A stretch of DNA of 64,000 nucleotides from Lama glama (Eukaryota): the NCBI GenBank assembly GCA_028534125.1, contig CM052824.1, forward strand, positions 61,504,001 to 61,568,000. The letters run 5' to 3'. The position numbers and the translations under genes are program-made. Positions 1 through 11,060 of this stretch are shown here, one piece after another. Each line of letters opens with the position of its first letter. Position 1 is the stretch's first letter. The notes beneath the pieces are model-generated. The model did not search any database. It was given only the letters and a program-made list of their open reading frames with translations, and was not told the DNA's origin.

Positions 1-32
1 GCAGAGCACATGAAGGGGGGCAGGCAGTGGGC
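1..32 (-). CDS. PLEKHN1: PLEKHN1 exon 6 (partial)
   Basis: ctctccccacag acceptor, then (G)PLPAPLHVLC. Confidence 0.88.
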
Positions 33-3000
33 CTGTGGGGAGAGGCAGAGGGGGCTGGGCCAGCAGCCCACAGGAAAGGCCCCTCAAGGGTTAGGAGGGG
101 CCCCTGAAGACCTCATGCACAGCTCTGGAGGCCCCGCACCCGCTGCTCTCCCCCAGCCCAGCAATGCATGTGTGCCTATCTGAGGAAACGCCGGGGTCCT
201 TCAACATGCTTAGAGTCCCACCAAGGTCCTGGGGCCTGGTCAATGGCCAGGTTCACTGAGCAGCCTTAGAGCTCCCGCCCCCCAGGGGCCGGGCAGCACA
301 GGCAGCACCACTCTGCGCACCTGTGATCTGAAAGGCATGCTCTCTGGACCCCTCCAGCGGGCAGACACTCAGCTCCATCAGTGGTAGCAGCCCCTGCCAG
401 AGCACAGCGGGAGGGAAGGGCTAGGGGCCCCCAGCAGGACCGGGCCACCTGCCTCTCCCCAGCTCCTCCCTCCGCCCACTTCCCCTCACCTGGAAAGTGA
501 GTCCCTCGGAACCATGGGCCTGGAAGTAGAGGTGGGAGGGGAACAGCTCCAGGTAGCAGTCGCTGATGTCCTAGGGGAGAGCAGGGCCAGGGTGTGAGGG
601 TGGGTGGGGGCAGGCCCCAGGTTGGTTCCCAAGCATGCCCCTCCTGGCCCGGCCCCCACCTGGCTGTGCTGGAAACGCAGCTGGACCTTGGCGTAGTGCA
701 CAACCTTGCCCAGGCTCCTTATGGCTGCCCTCCGTCGCCCCGCCTTGAACACACTCAGGAACGGCTGTTCCAGGTTTTCTCTCTGGCTCTCCAAGCCCGG
801 GATGTTCTGGGGTTGGGGCAGAACTCAGGGGAGGAGGCCTGACCTGGGGCCAGCCGCCCCAGTCCAGTCACACAACACATAGGTCAAGAACACACACACA
901 CCATCACACGTATGTACAAAACCCTGTACATGCACATGTTTCTTCATGTGAAAAGAGTGCAAAAGACACACCCACCCACGCAGAGCCTCCTGCTAGTCAC
1001 AGAATCACAGAATTACATTCCATGATCTAGTGGTGGAGTCAGTGAAGTTTGGACTCAACGGAGATTTGTCAGCCTCACTACTTCCTAAGCTGTGTTCCCT
1101 TATTTTGCTTTTTCAGCCTTCCGAGACTTACTAGTCAGAGGGGGATTCGGGTGTCCGGGTGAGATGACTCTCGAAACCCTTCCACACCTCCAGCATCGCT
1201 GGCAAAGGTTTAAAACTCAGTTCTACCAGAAATGGGGGCTGATGTGTAGTGTTTGCCGATTTCCCTGGTGTGAGGACTCGCGTCACTGCCCGTTTCCAGT
1301 GCACGACCAGCACTACTGCGTGGCTCCAGTCGCCTACAGTCTCCCCGGCAGTGGAGGCGGGTGAAGGTCCCGGCACTGGCCGAGGGGGCCTCTTCCCTCA
1401 CGTCAGGCACATGCCGGTGTCTGGCTTCACACTTGCTGCCCCCTCTGCCTGGACCACTCAGCCTAGCAGCTTTTTACCCCGGCCAGCACTGGGCTCAGAC
1501 TCACCTTCTCTGTGAGGTCCTGTCGGCGCCCTTCTAACAGTCCAGCCTTCACTGACCCCCGCCCACTGCTCCTCCTTTGCACTTCTCCTCAGCACCAGCT
1601 ACAATCTGACTCACTGTGTGTTTCATTTATTTGCTTGTCACCTGGCTCTGTCACGGGGTGGGGGCGATACAACAACAGGACCCGTGTCTGTCTTGCCCAC
1701 CACTGTATTCCCAGGGGCCAGGGCAGGCCTGGGATGTGCTGGAGGTTCAGTGCCCGCCTGCTGAAGGGAAAGAGGGTCAGTGCTCACCACCAGCTGATCC
1801 CGGCACACAGAGAATCCTCTATAAACAGGGGCTGGATCATCAGAACAGGAGTCAGACAGGGACGGGTGCCGAACTGGGGCTGGAGGGGCCGAGGTCTGGG
1901 GCTCAGGGGGAACTGGGGAGCTGGCAGGGGCTACTGTGCCCTGGCCAAGCTGGGCCACCCTCTGGGCAAGCCTAGGAATGTGAACAGACAGACTCAGCTT
2001 CCCGGCCTCCCTGCCTCTGGGTGGGGCCTCCTGCACCCACACCCAGTTTGGGGAACCATGCTGGGGAAGACCCGTGAAAATAGGCCGTGGAGCAGGAAGG
2101 GCCACACAGCTGGGCTCAGCCTTGGGCCTGTGGCAAGGCTGGCTCACGTGTGGCTGCAGAACCCACCAAGGGGCCAGGTTCGAGGGGAGCTGGCTCCTCC
2201 CCCAGCCCCGCCTCCCGGGGTTCATCATGCCCGGTCCCCTCTGCAGCCACCAAGTCCTGGCAAGGGAGGACCAGCAGCACCACACAATGTGTCCTGGGCC
2301 TGGACAGAGGGAGTTGAGGTCTGAGATGCGGCCATGTGAGGGACCTGGGCCAGGCCTTGACAGAAGTACCCTGGTCACTTCTCTGAGGCAACCTGGTTTC
2401 TGAAGGCAGCACTTGGCCGCAGGGACCCCTGGGACCTCAGGAAGTGGAGGAACGGGCAGGCCCCAGCTTCCCAGCCTGACGGGAACCTTTGGAAAGGTAG
2501 CCCTGGAGCCCGCAGCAGCTGCTGTGAGGACCAGGGAGTGCAGGGCAGTGCTCCTGGTACAGTCACAGACATTGTTCCTGGGGTGGGAAACCGGGCGATT
2601 ATCTCCCTCACACCCCACGTATAGCAGAGCCTCCCCCAACCCTTGTCAGCTGTGCTGGGTTAAAGGCAGGATGTCTCTCCCCTGGGCTAGCCGTCTGCCC
2701 CACAGGAGCTGGGCAGGTGGGTGGGGGTGTTGTTCCACTCAGAGGTGGCCAGCATGTGCTCGGGAGCCATGTCCTTGCTGTGTGGCACAGGGGCTGCCAT
2801 GGGATGAGGCAGCGATGGACACTGAGGAGCCACCCCCTTGGAGAAACTGGGGCCAAAAGTTGGTGAGAAGCTGGCTCACTGTCCACCGGAGGCCCCTTAC
2901 CCTCTGAGTGACAGCGCGGCATTTCCAGCCACGTCGTCACCAGCACCACCGGTCCCCACGCAGCCGCAATACGGATACACGTGCTTGTCCAGCCCCAGTG

Positions 3001-3625
3001 TGCCCGGACTCGCGGTCCCACACCAGGCCCCGGGCGGGGGCGGGCACCAGGGCCCACAGGCAGGGCTCTGCACGGTGGCCCCGCCCCGACTGGCCGGCAC
3101 TCATCCCACTGACTCAGTCCCAGGTCTCAGTTTCAGTCTGCTCAGACTTTCGGCCGATGAGCTCCCCAGGGCGGGGCTGTCCCTACTCCCTCGCCGTGCA
3201 CTGGACTGACTTCTGGGGCCAACAGGGAAGACCCCGTGCAGAGCTAACAGGACACACACACACACACACACACACAGAGTTATACACAGACCACCACTGC
3301 CACACCCCCTGAGCCGGGCACGCGGCCCCGCCCCGCCGCTCACCGTCCCAGGGATGTAGCAGAAGATCTTGTCGGTGGTGGTGTCCCCGTCGGGGCTGGC
3401 CTCGGTGCCAAACAGGCCAGCCAGCTTCCGCACACCATCCTCTCTGGGGACAAGGGAAGTGGGGGCTCACAGCCTGGTCCCTGAGGCAGGTTGAGGGAGA
3501 CCCTGTGACCGAGTGGCCATGGCTGGACCCTGCCCCCCTCACCTATTTCTCTTCAGCGAGGGCTTTCTGGAAAAGGAGGCCCGGAGCCTCCTAGGGGCCT
3601 GAGGGATGCAGTGGCTGTTCCCCAT
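1..3625 (-). CDS. PLEKHN1: PLEKHN1 (PH domain-containing N1), 5' portion, exons 1-6 (partial, continues off the left edge)
   Basis: Exons 3543-3625, 3344-3443, 660-806, 490-570, 321-393 and <1-32 join in frame with GT-AG boundaries: MGNSHCIPQAPRRLRASFSRKPSLKRNREDGVRKLAGLFG...ENLEQPFLSVFK...KVVHYAKVQLRFQHSQDISDCYLELFPSHLYFQAHGSEGLTFQGLLPLMELSVCPLEGSREHAFQITGPLPAPL. Matches recalled mammalian PLEKHN1 and synteny. Confidence 0.95.
321..393 (-). CDS. PLEKHN1: PLEKHN1 exon 5
   Basis: 73 nt, GLLPLMELSVCPLEGSREHAFQIT, AG/GT flanks. Confidence 0.92.
490..570 (-). CDS. PLEKHN1: PLEKHN1 exon 4
   Basis: 81 nt, DISDCYLELFPSHLYFQAHGSEGLTFQ. Confidence 0.93.
660..806 (-). CDS. PLEKHN1: PLEKHN1 exon 3
   Basis: 147 nt, NIPGLESQRENLEQPFLSVFK...LRFQHSQ. 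Confidence 0.93.
1425..1760 (+). mobile_element. L2 LINE 3' fragment (old)
   Basis: L2-like motifs cttgctgccccctctgcctgga, tttatttgcttgtc and tgtctgtcttgcccaccactgtattccca; boundaries approximate. Confidence 0.55.
3252..3276. repeat. (AC)12 microsatellite
   Basis: Directly visible in PLEKHN1 intron 2. Confidence 0.95.
3344..3443 (-). CDS. PLEKHN1: PLEKHN1 exon 2
   Basis: 100 nt, EDGVRKLAGLFGTEASPDGDTTTDKIFCYIPGT. Confidence 0.92.
3543..3625 (-). CDS. PLEKHN1: PLEKHN1 exon 1 (coding part)
   Basis: ATG at 3625, MGNSHCIPQAPRRLRASFSRKPSLKRN, gtgag donor. Confidence 0.93.
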
Positions 3626-4524
3626 GGGCAGCAGTGGTGACTAGCCTGAGTAGGGCAGGTCGACAGGTCTGGGTCCCTCGGTCCCAAGTCTCCTGCCCCA
3701 CCTCCCGGGGCGGGGCTCCAGGCTGGCTTGCCCTGCACCCAAGGGCTGGGGAGGGCGGAGCCTTTCTGGGAGGGATCTAGCCCCTTCCTGAGTCTGAGCC
3801 TTTCAGTTCTCTGCCCAGGGTCCTCCACATCTGCCAGCCAGCCTGGACGGTGGAGGGGGGAGAGGAAAGGCCCCGTGAAGGGCCCCCAGTCTGTACAGGA
3901 GAGGCTCAAAGGCATGGTTTGTAGCTGCATCAGGCTGAGTGTCCCTACAGCTGGAGCCCTGTGAGCCCAGGGCTCCCCTTTCAGACACCCCCTCACGTGA
4001 GCACACATCCTGTTTCCACCTAAATGCCAGTCTCTGAGTCACCAGTGACTGGAAGGGGACGTATGCTTGCTCTCAGCTGCCCAAGTAGGAGTTTGCAACA
4101 CGGGAAGGAGAAGCCAGGACCCTCCTGCAGCTTTTCCTGCCTCAGCCCAACCCTCACCCCCAGGTCAAGGTCAGGGTCCCTGAGGCTTAACCAGAATCCA
4201 GAAAGGAGGCCATGGCCCTCCCAGGTGTACCTGGGACCACCATGGTTAGGTCAAGGGGATGCTGTGCACAGTCTGAGGTGACACAGGCCATAGGGCCTCT
4301 CAGGATCAGGCTGACAGCACACCACACTCACAGTCGGGTGCTCGTCTGGGACACGCCGCCCTGCCCCACTGGATGGGGTGGTGCCGTCTCAAAGCCCCCT
4401 GGTGCCAACACAGTGCCTCAGCCCAGCTGCACAGCTGCCCTGGGCCCTCCCGGTCACGCCAGACAGGACACTGAAGGGCAGAGATGGACGTTCAGCCACA
4501 GGCCCACAGAGCCCAAGAAACATG

Positions 4525-4530
4525 TTTATT
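4525..4530 (-). terminator. KLHL17 polyadenylation signal AATAAA
   Basis: tttatt on the plus strand, about 640 nt past the KLHL17 stop. Confidence 0.7.
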
Positions 4531-5170
4531 GTACAAGTGGCTCATATTGCTGTGTGGGGTCTGCGGCGGTGGCCGTGTGCCCAGCCCAGTGCAGGATGGA
4601 GAAAAGACACCACGGCCCGGGGAAGGAAGCCCAATTCGTGCCCTCCCTGGGAACGTGCCTGGCCGGGTGAGGCGGAGGTGGTCTGCAGAGCACAGGCTAG
4701 GGGGTCCGCACCTGCCCAGAAAGCCCCCCCAGTTACTGCTCTGCATCACCCCTCTGTCCTTCCAGGTCTGCAGAGTCCAAGTTGGCCCCTTACTGACGGG
4801 CACTGCCAGTGTCCACCCTGTTGCTCCCTAGTGCTCCCAGCAGGTGGGACACTTGGGAGGGTAGCTTGGTCCCAGAGAGAGAACACTTCAAGAGGAAACG
4901 TATAAACTGGTAGCTACAGCCTGCTCACCATCAATCAATAAATAAACGAGTAAATAAATAAACCGCACACACAAACACTGAGGAAGGAACAGAGACACGG
5001 GAGGCCTCGACGCAGAGCCTGGACAGCCTGCGTGGGATGTGAGGTGCCTCTCCTGGGGGCCGAGCCCCTTCCCACACGCAGGGGAGAGAGGCACTGGGCC
5101 CTGAGGGGGTAGGGGGTGCTTAAGGCACGTGGGAGGCTGTGGTTGGACCTCTGTGCAGCAGCGCCTCGGG

Positions 5171-5399
5171 TCAGAGGCTGGTGGACGACACAGACAGCGT
5201 GGGTGAAGAGGGCGGCGGGAAGTTGAGTAGCTCGAGCACCGCCACGCCCACGCTGCTGCGCCGCGTGAACATGCAGGACGCGGCCACCCACTTATTGGTC
5301 CTCGGGTTGTACTTCTCGATGGAGTTGAGGCTGGAACTACCGTCGTTGCCCCCCACGGCGTAAAGCCAGCCGTCCATGGCCACCAGGTCGTGCGTGCTC
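5171..5399 (-). CDS. KLHL17: KLHL17 exon 12
   Basis: [20 protein letters not shown]...SVSSTSL*. Confidence 0.95.
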
Positions 5400-8300
5400 C
5401 TGGGGGCAGGGCAGACGGGGTGGGGTTGGGGGTGAGGCTGGGGGAGAGGGAGGGGGCGGGGCGCTGGAGGGGGAGACATGGAAGGAGGTGGGGGCACGCT
5501 GTGCAGGGGCTGTGGGCCACATCTGTCAGTGTGGGCCATGCACATCGCTGTGGTGGTGACGCACCTTCGGATGTTCATGGGGGCCACGCTCTCCCAGGCG
5601 CCCGCCTTGGGGCTGTATCTCTCCACAGAGTTGAGGCAGCTGGTGCCGTCATTGCCGCCAGCCACGTAGAGGGCCCCCTCCAGCACCGCCACGCCGGCAG
5701 AGCTGCGCCGGCTCAGCATGGAGGCTGCCGGTGCCCATGAGTTCACCTGCGGGGAGGGACACGGGCTGGAGACAGACTCACCACCAGCCTCCCTCCACAT
5801 CCACGTGCAGACCTCTACTCTAGGGCGGGATGTCTGTGGGACAGAGTGGACACAGGACAGAGTGTGACCAACTGGGGGTGGGCGTGGCCAGAGAGTGATG
5901 ACCTCAAGCAGCTCTAGGGAACGGGGATATGTGACTGAGGCGTTTCACACCTGGGGCTCATATTTCTCCACGGTAGCCAGGTGTGAAGAGCTGTCGTAAC
6001 CGCCCACTGCATACAGGTTCCCATCTGCAAGGAGCCAACGCACCCATGGTGCACCTGCACTGTGTGCGGGGCCCCTGGGCTGGCGCTACGCGAAGCAGTC
6101 ACCCACCAAGCATGGCCACGCGCACATATCGCCTCCGGGTGCTCATGGCGGCAATGGAAGTCCATGTTCCCGTCAGGGGGTCGTAGCGCTCGGCACTGCA
6201 GACACCAGGACCGCCGCTGACCTTGAGCAGTGGCAGAAAGGCTGTCCTGGCCCCAAGACCTGCCCTCCCCTGAGGAACAACTAAAATTCTGTGCTAGGCT
6301 GTTAGTGAGACCAACCCCAGAGTCCCACTAGAGCAGGAAGCGGTGCCTGCTGGGTAGGCATGAGCCATGGGCTGCCTGCATGATGTTGGACATGGGTTCC
6401 CCCGGGCCCAGCCCCTGCCCTGCTGGGAGGGACCCAAGAGGAAAGGGGCCGCTGGGGTGGCACAGGTGAAGAGGCATAGGGGACCTTGGTGACTTGACTG
6501 AGGCAGGGTCCCTCTCGGCTCCCCTCAGGCAGGACCTCTGCAGTCCTGATGCAGCCACACCTGCTGAGCCAACCCTGAAAGTCCACCCAGCCCTGACCCC
6601 GGCTACTACCTGTTGAGGCAAGAGGCCCCATCGTAGCCACCTGCTGCATATAGGAGTCCGTGCAGGGAAGCCACACCCAGGCAGCTGCGCCTCGTGCCCA
6701 TGGACACCTCAGGCTGCCAAGTGTTGGTCACAGGGTCGTAGGACTCTACGGTGGCCAGGTCTGAAGTCCCATCGTAACTGGGGGAAGGGTCCACTGCTGG
6801 TCAGGGCTGGCCCAGTGGGCCCACACCAAGCCCCTGACCCGAGACCAGCCTCCACTCTTACCCGCCCACGGCATACAGCCGGTTCCCGACTGCGGCCACA
6901 CCCACCCGGGCCCGGCGTGTCGACATGGAGGCCACCACATGCCACCGGTCTGTGCGCGTGTCGTATGCTTCACAGTCCCCGTGGATGGCGAATAGGCTCC
7001 CACCACCTAGGGATGGGCGTGTGACGGGGCAGGACGAGGGCCCATGGAGGCCGTGGGCTAGGGGGCACTAGCACACCTTGAGGTCAAGGGTCTGGGGGCT
7101 CCAAGGGTAGGTGAGGACGGGGATTGGTGAGTGGGTCATACCACAGGGAACGGTGTGAGTGCAGAATGTAACCGGCACAAGGTGGGGTGGGCGTGTGCGG
7201 GGCTCCTGGGTAGAGAACGTGCGGCAGGGATAGGGGGGACGGTGAGACAGGACAGGACAGGACAGGTGGGCGTACCCACGGCAAATAGCACAGGGCCGGC
7301 ACCCTCACAGCGCCGGGGCCGGGTGCGGCTGGTGCCCAGGACGCCCCTCTGCTCGGGCAACAGGTGGAACTTGAGAGCCTCGATGAGCAAGTCCTTGCAG
7401 TCCGGGTGGTGCCGCACCAGGCTCTCGGCGTCCACGTGGCCCAGCAGGAAGTCCCGGCTCAGCAGGGGCAGGCGTACACACTTCATCAGCTGGGGTGCGG
7501 ACGCAACAGTCAGGCAGCAGGCTCCAGCCCTAAGACCCCCTCAGACCCCCTAGATCTTCCTCGGGACACGTGCTTGCAACACCCCTGCGGTGTCTCTGGA
7601 TACAGAAGAGGCCAGGCACCGCGCTCCCTCCCAAGCACCATTGGGCCCTCCAGGGCCTGGCCTCACCCGAGGGACGTGCTGCCTCCGGGCATCCACATCG
7701 TGCTTGACCCAGCTCAGGACGGCACGGTAGACATCCTCCTCTGAAGGCACGTTCAGACTGTCGCTAGAGACCAGTTCCAGCACCTGGGGGTGGGGACCCT
7801 CAGACCTGAGATCTGGGGAGGGTCTTGGGGGCCCATGGAGCCCTGAAGGTGCCTGGGAGGGAGAGTCCAACGGGGGCCCAGTGTTCCTATGAGGAGGGGC
7901 CAAACAGGGTCAGGAGCCACAGATTCAGTTCTTGGAGGCCTAGTCCCAAGGCAATCCTAGGGACATGGAACCAGGCAGTGGGGGTTGTAGACAGGCATAT
8001 GGTCAGGACAGGATGAAGTCAGGGATGAAAGTGAAGGCTTGAGTGAGGTTAGAAAATGGGCATGGGGTGGGGAGGGGTGCACAGGGGATGGGTGGTGGGG
8101 CTGGAACTTATATCAGAGTCTGGGGATAAAGGTTGAAGGGCAAAGGACTAGGTCTTAAGGGCCCAGGTGATAGGGGCCAGGCGACCAGGGCTGGTTCTGG
8201 GGTCCAGAGATTGGGTCAGGGTCCAGGCTGTGCCCCAGCCGGTACGTTACCTGCTTCAGCGGCAACAGCATGAACTCCTCAGTCTTGGCCACGTCCACGA

Positions 8301-10023
8301 AGTGCTGCAGCACGTACCTGTGTGCCGCCTTGAGCAGGTCGCTGCATGAGTGTGTGTCGGCGAAGCCCCGGATGCCCAGACAGTTGGAAGGGTCGAGCTG
8401 ACTCAGCAGGAACTTGCAGCAGGCGTCACGGACGCCATTCAGCTGCAGGAGGCTGGCGGCTGGAAGCAGAGTCTGTGCGACAAGGTGAGAGAGAGGGCCA
8501 GGGAGCAGGGATAGAGAAACGGGATGTGAGGGAGTGAAGGGATGCTGGGGGTGTGGGGAGAGCAGAGGCACAAGGTATGGTGGAGGTGTGAGACGTGAGT
8601 TGGGGGTAGCCTCACCTGCACATTGCCTTCGCCCACCACGATCTCAGCCGTGTAAGCAAACTGCACCAGCTGGTCCAAGGCCTGAGGGTCGATGTCATGC
8701 AGTGTCACGTGCGTCTGTCGGCTCTCACTCATCTCATCTGTGGGGACAGCAGGTCAGGCTGGCCCCCACCCCGGAAAAGTGCAGAGTCCCCCAGATGCCC
8801 AGACCTGGTGGGGCGGTACTTGCTTGTGAACATGGCGTGGAAGTAAGGGCTGCAGGAGGCCAGCACCACCTTGTGTGCCCGGATCTCCTTGGCGGCCACG
8901 TGCAGGACGATGTCACACAGGAGGCCCCGCTGCCGCATGCGGCTCATGGCCACGAAGGCATCGTGGTAGTGCCGCTTGGAGTTGTGGGATACAGTGTGGC
9001 CCTCGCGGCTCAGCAGCTGCATCGCACCCTCCATGGGGGCTGTGGGCCGGGGCTGCCGGGGACGGGCACGCTCTGCCTCGGGGCTGTAGACGGGCAGTGC
9101 CAGGTCAGGGTGTACTCTGCAGGGAGCTGCTCACTCACCCCTGAGACCCTGGGCAGGGCCAGGCACCCTTCCACCCAGCAGCCCATACCAGGCTTCCGTC
9201 AAGGACCAGTGAGTGCCCTTGCTGGACCTCCCCTACTGCAGGCTCCACCCGGCTCTGCTCCCTCAGGTCCAGGGAACTTCCTCGGAGTCCAACGAGACTT
9301 TGCTCCACACCTGCTCCCCGCGTGAGGTCGGATCCCACACAGGATCCGACTGTTGAATCTGTACAGCTTCCTCTGCCACGACCCCTCCTCAGGAACCACA
9401 CTCCCCTCTGCCCAGGCGCCTCAGTAAGAAACAGCCTCTCTAGGCCCCGCTCGGGACTGGGCTGTCTGTCCATCGCTAGCCACCCTTCCCGTGCTCCCCC
9501 GCTGTCCGCTGTCCTCGACACGGGCTGGCATACGTACAGCAAGTGAACGAAGTGAAACTGGTCCATACTGTCCGGTGGCTCTGAGGCGGACCGCCACACC
9601 GACAGCAGGTGTGACCTCTCTTGACTTCCCCGCCCCATCATGCAGAAAAGCCGCCCAGGTCTTTGAGCGGCGCAGCCGTAATTCAAGGGCGGCGGGAGAG
9701 GACGGAGCCTCCGGGAATAGCCACCTCGGGACGCCCTGCCCCGCGCCCGCTGTGTGCACGGACACGGAGGTGGGCTGGACCCTCCGCGGGCAGGCCGAGC
9801 CTGAGGGGCGCCAGGTCGCCCCCTCCGGGCAGCCCGCCAGGGTCGGCGCCCCGCCCCCTCCCTCCCCCCGGGCCCCGGTCAGTCACGGCCCTCAGCACCC
9901 CCGGCCCACTCACGCTGGCGGCTGCGGCGGCGGTGGCGGCGGCGGCGCCTCAGGCGCGGGCCCCGGACTGCCGTGCTCCGGACTCTGGGTCCTGCCGGCT
10001 GGGCGCTCGCTGCGCGGCTGCAT
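5171..10023 (-). CDS. KLHL17: Kelch-like protein 17 (actinfilin), BTB-BACK-Kelch CUL3 adaptor, 12 coding exons, 643 aa
   Basis: Exons 9914-10023, 8824-9083, 8616-8737, 8251-8472, 7667-7783, 7276-7489, 6862-7006, 6610-6777, 6107-6195, 5951-6024, 5565-5746 and 5171-5399 total 1932 nt in frame. BTB ([31 protein letters not shown]), BACK, kelch GG-Y-D repeats, C-terminus SVSSTSL. Confidence 0.98.
5565..5746 (-). CDS. KLHL17: KLHL17 exon 11
   Basis: [34 protein letters not shown]...MNIR. Confidence 0.95.
5951..6024 (-). CDS. KLHL17: KLHL17 exon 10
   Basis: [24 protein letters not shown]. Confidence 0.94.
6107..6195 (-). CDS. KLHL17: KLHL17 exon 9
   Basis: [29 protein letters not shown]. Confidence 0.93.
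6610..6777 (-). CDS. KLHL17: KLHL17 exon 8
   Basis: [34 protein letters not shown]... Confidence 0.95.
6862..7006 (-). CDS. KLHL17: KLHL17 exon 7
   Basis: [35 protein letters not shown]... Confidence 0.95.
7276..7489 (-). CDS. KLHL17: KLHL17 exon 6
   Basis: [19 protein letters not shown]...GPVLFAV. Confidence 0.95.
7667..7783 (-). CDS. KLHL17: KLHL17 exon 5
   Basis: [39 protein letters not shown]. Confidence 0.95.
8251..8472 (-). CDS. KLHL17: KLHL17 exon 4
   Basis: [38 protein letters not shown]...LPLKQ. Confidence 0.95.
8616..8737 (-). CDS. KLHL17: KLHL17 exon 3
   Basis: [40 protein letters not shown]. Confidence 0.95.
8824..9083 (-). CDS. KLHL17: KLHL17 exon 2 (followed by GC donor)
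   Basis: [28 protein letters not shown]...YFHAMFT; donor GCAAGT. Confidence 0.93.
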
Positions 10024-10540
10024 GGGCTCGGCCGCCGGCCCGCCGCAGATCCGCGGAGGACGCACAGAGGAACAGAAGCCGGACGGCTGGAGGGCTGCTC
10101 GGCGGTGGCGGCCGGCTCAGAGTCCCTCTCTCCCGCCGCTAGCCCGCAGCCGCTGTTTCTCGGCGCCGCCCGTCTCGCCTCCCGCGCTCCCCTGCGGCTT
10201 CGGGGACGCTGCGTAGCGCAGGAATCCTTCCAATGTTTCTGGGCGCGTCGTCCGCCTCCTCCTCCAGGAAGTCCCCCGGGGCCCACCCGCCGTCTATCTT
10301 CAAGAAGCCTCCCGGACCTTCCACCCACGTCAACTCCTGCCAGATGTCTCCCCTCCCCTCCCCTCCCCTTGGGTCCCGCATCTCCTGGAGGCCGAAAGGC
10401 CCCAAGTGATGCGGTGGGGCCTGAGCTAGCCCCGGGCCCGTCTGCCGGCCTCCCTGTGATCCCACGCAGGCCCCTTTGCCCCTCTGGCCTTGATCTGGAC
10501 GCTGGCTGTGGAGCGGGAGTGGGTGGGGCGCACGCCCTGA
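9440..10540. promoter_or_regulatory. CpG island, KLHL17 promoter/exon 1
   Basis: Very high CpG density around the KLHL17 ATG. Confidence 0.85.
9914..10023 (-). CDS. KLHL17: KLHL17 exon 1 (coding part)
   Basis: [36 protein letters not shown], gtgagt donor. Confidence 0.92.
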
Positions 10541-10949
10541 GAGCTATGGGACCCTCTGTCTTGGGATCTGGCCGACCCCGGCCAGTAGGCGAGAAGGGGG
10601 AGGGGAGGGCATGGGTTGGCGTCCCCATCTCCTTGCTTCCCCAAGGCAACCTTCCAGCCTCTGGGCCTTTACACCTGCCCTTTGTTCCACAGACAGGGCA
10701 GAGAAAAAGTGGCTGTCCCTGTCCCTGGGCCTGCCTGGGGACTTAGGCAGAGGTGTTCGTAGATGAGTTCCCAGCTCAGGACTCGCTGGACTTAAGTATC
10801 TATCAAGCGTCCTCTTTCAGGGAGATTTGGCCAAACCGGCTTCAGGAACAGTGCTGCCAGCGCAGGTGCTATGGGACTGTCCAGTGAAATGGAAGCAGCT
10901 CTCAGCATCTGATTCTTATCAGAATGTCATTTATCTGCCCGTCTATAGC

Positions 10950-11060
10950 ATCGCTACTTCTGTTTTCGTTTGCTTTTTCTACTAGATCGTTGGCTTTTTA
11001 TTATTGATTTGTAAGAGCTCTTTGTATAGGAGATCCTATTTTCCCCTCATGCATTCTTGC
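10950..11060 (-). mobile_element. Old L1 (L1M-type) fragment
   Basis: T-rich tttttattattgatttgtaagagctctttgtata resembles antisense L1M 3' region. Confidence 0.45.

Noticed and set aside
1512-2639. Overlapping 270-aa and 333-aa ORFs in PLEKHN1 intron 2
   Set aside because: Pro/Gly/Arg/Trp-rich translation typical of GC-rich non-coding DNA, partly L2-derived, with no domain signal.
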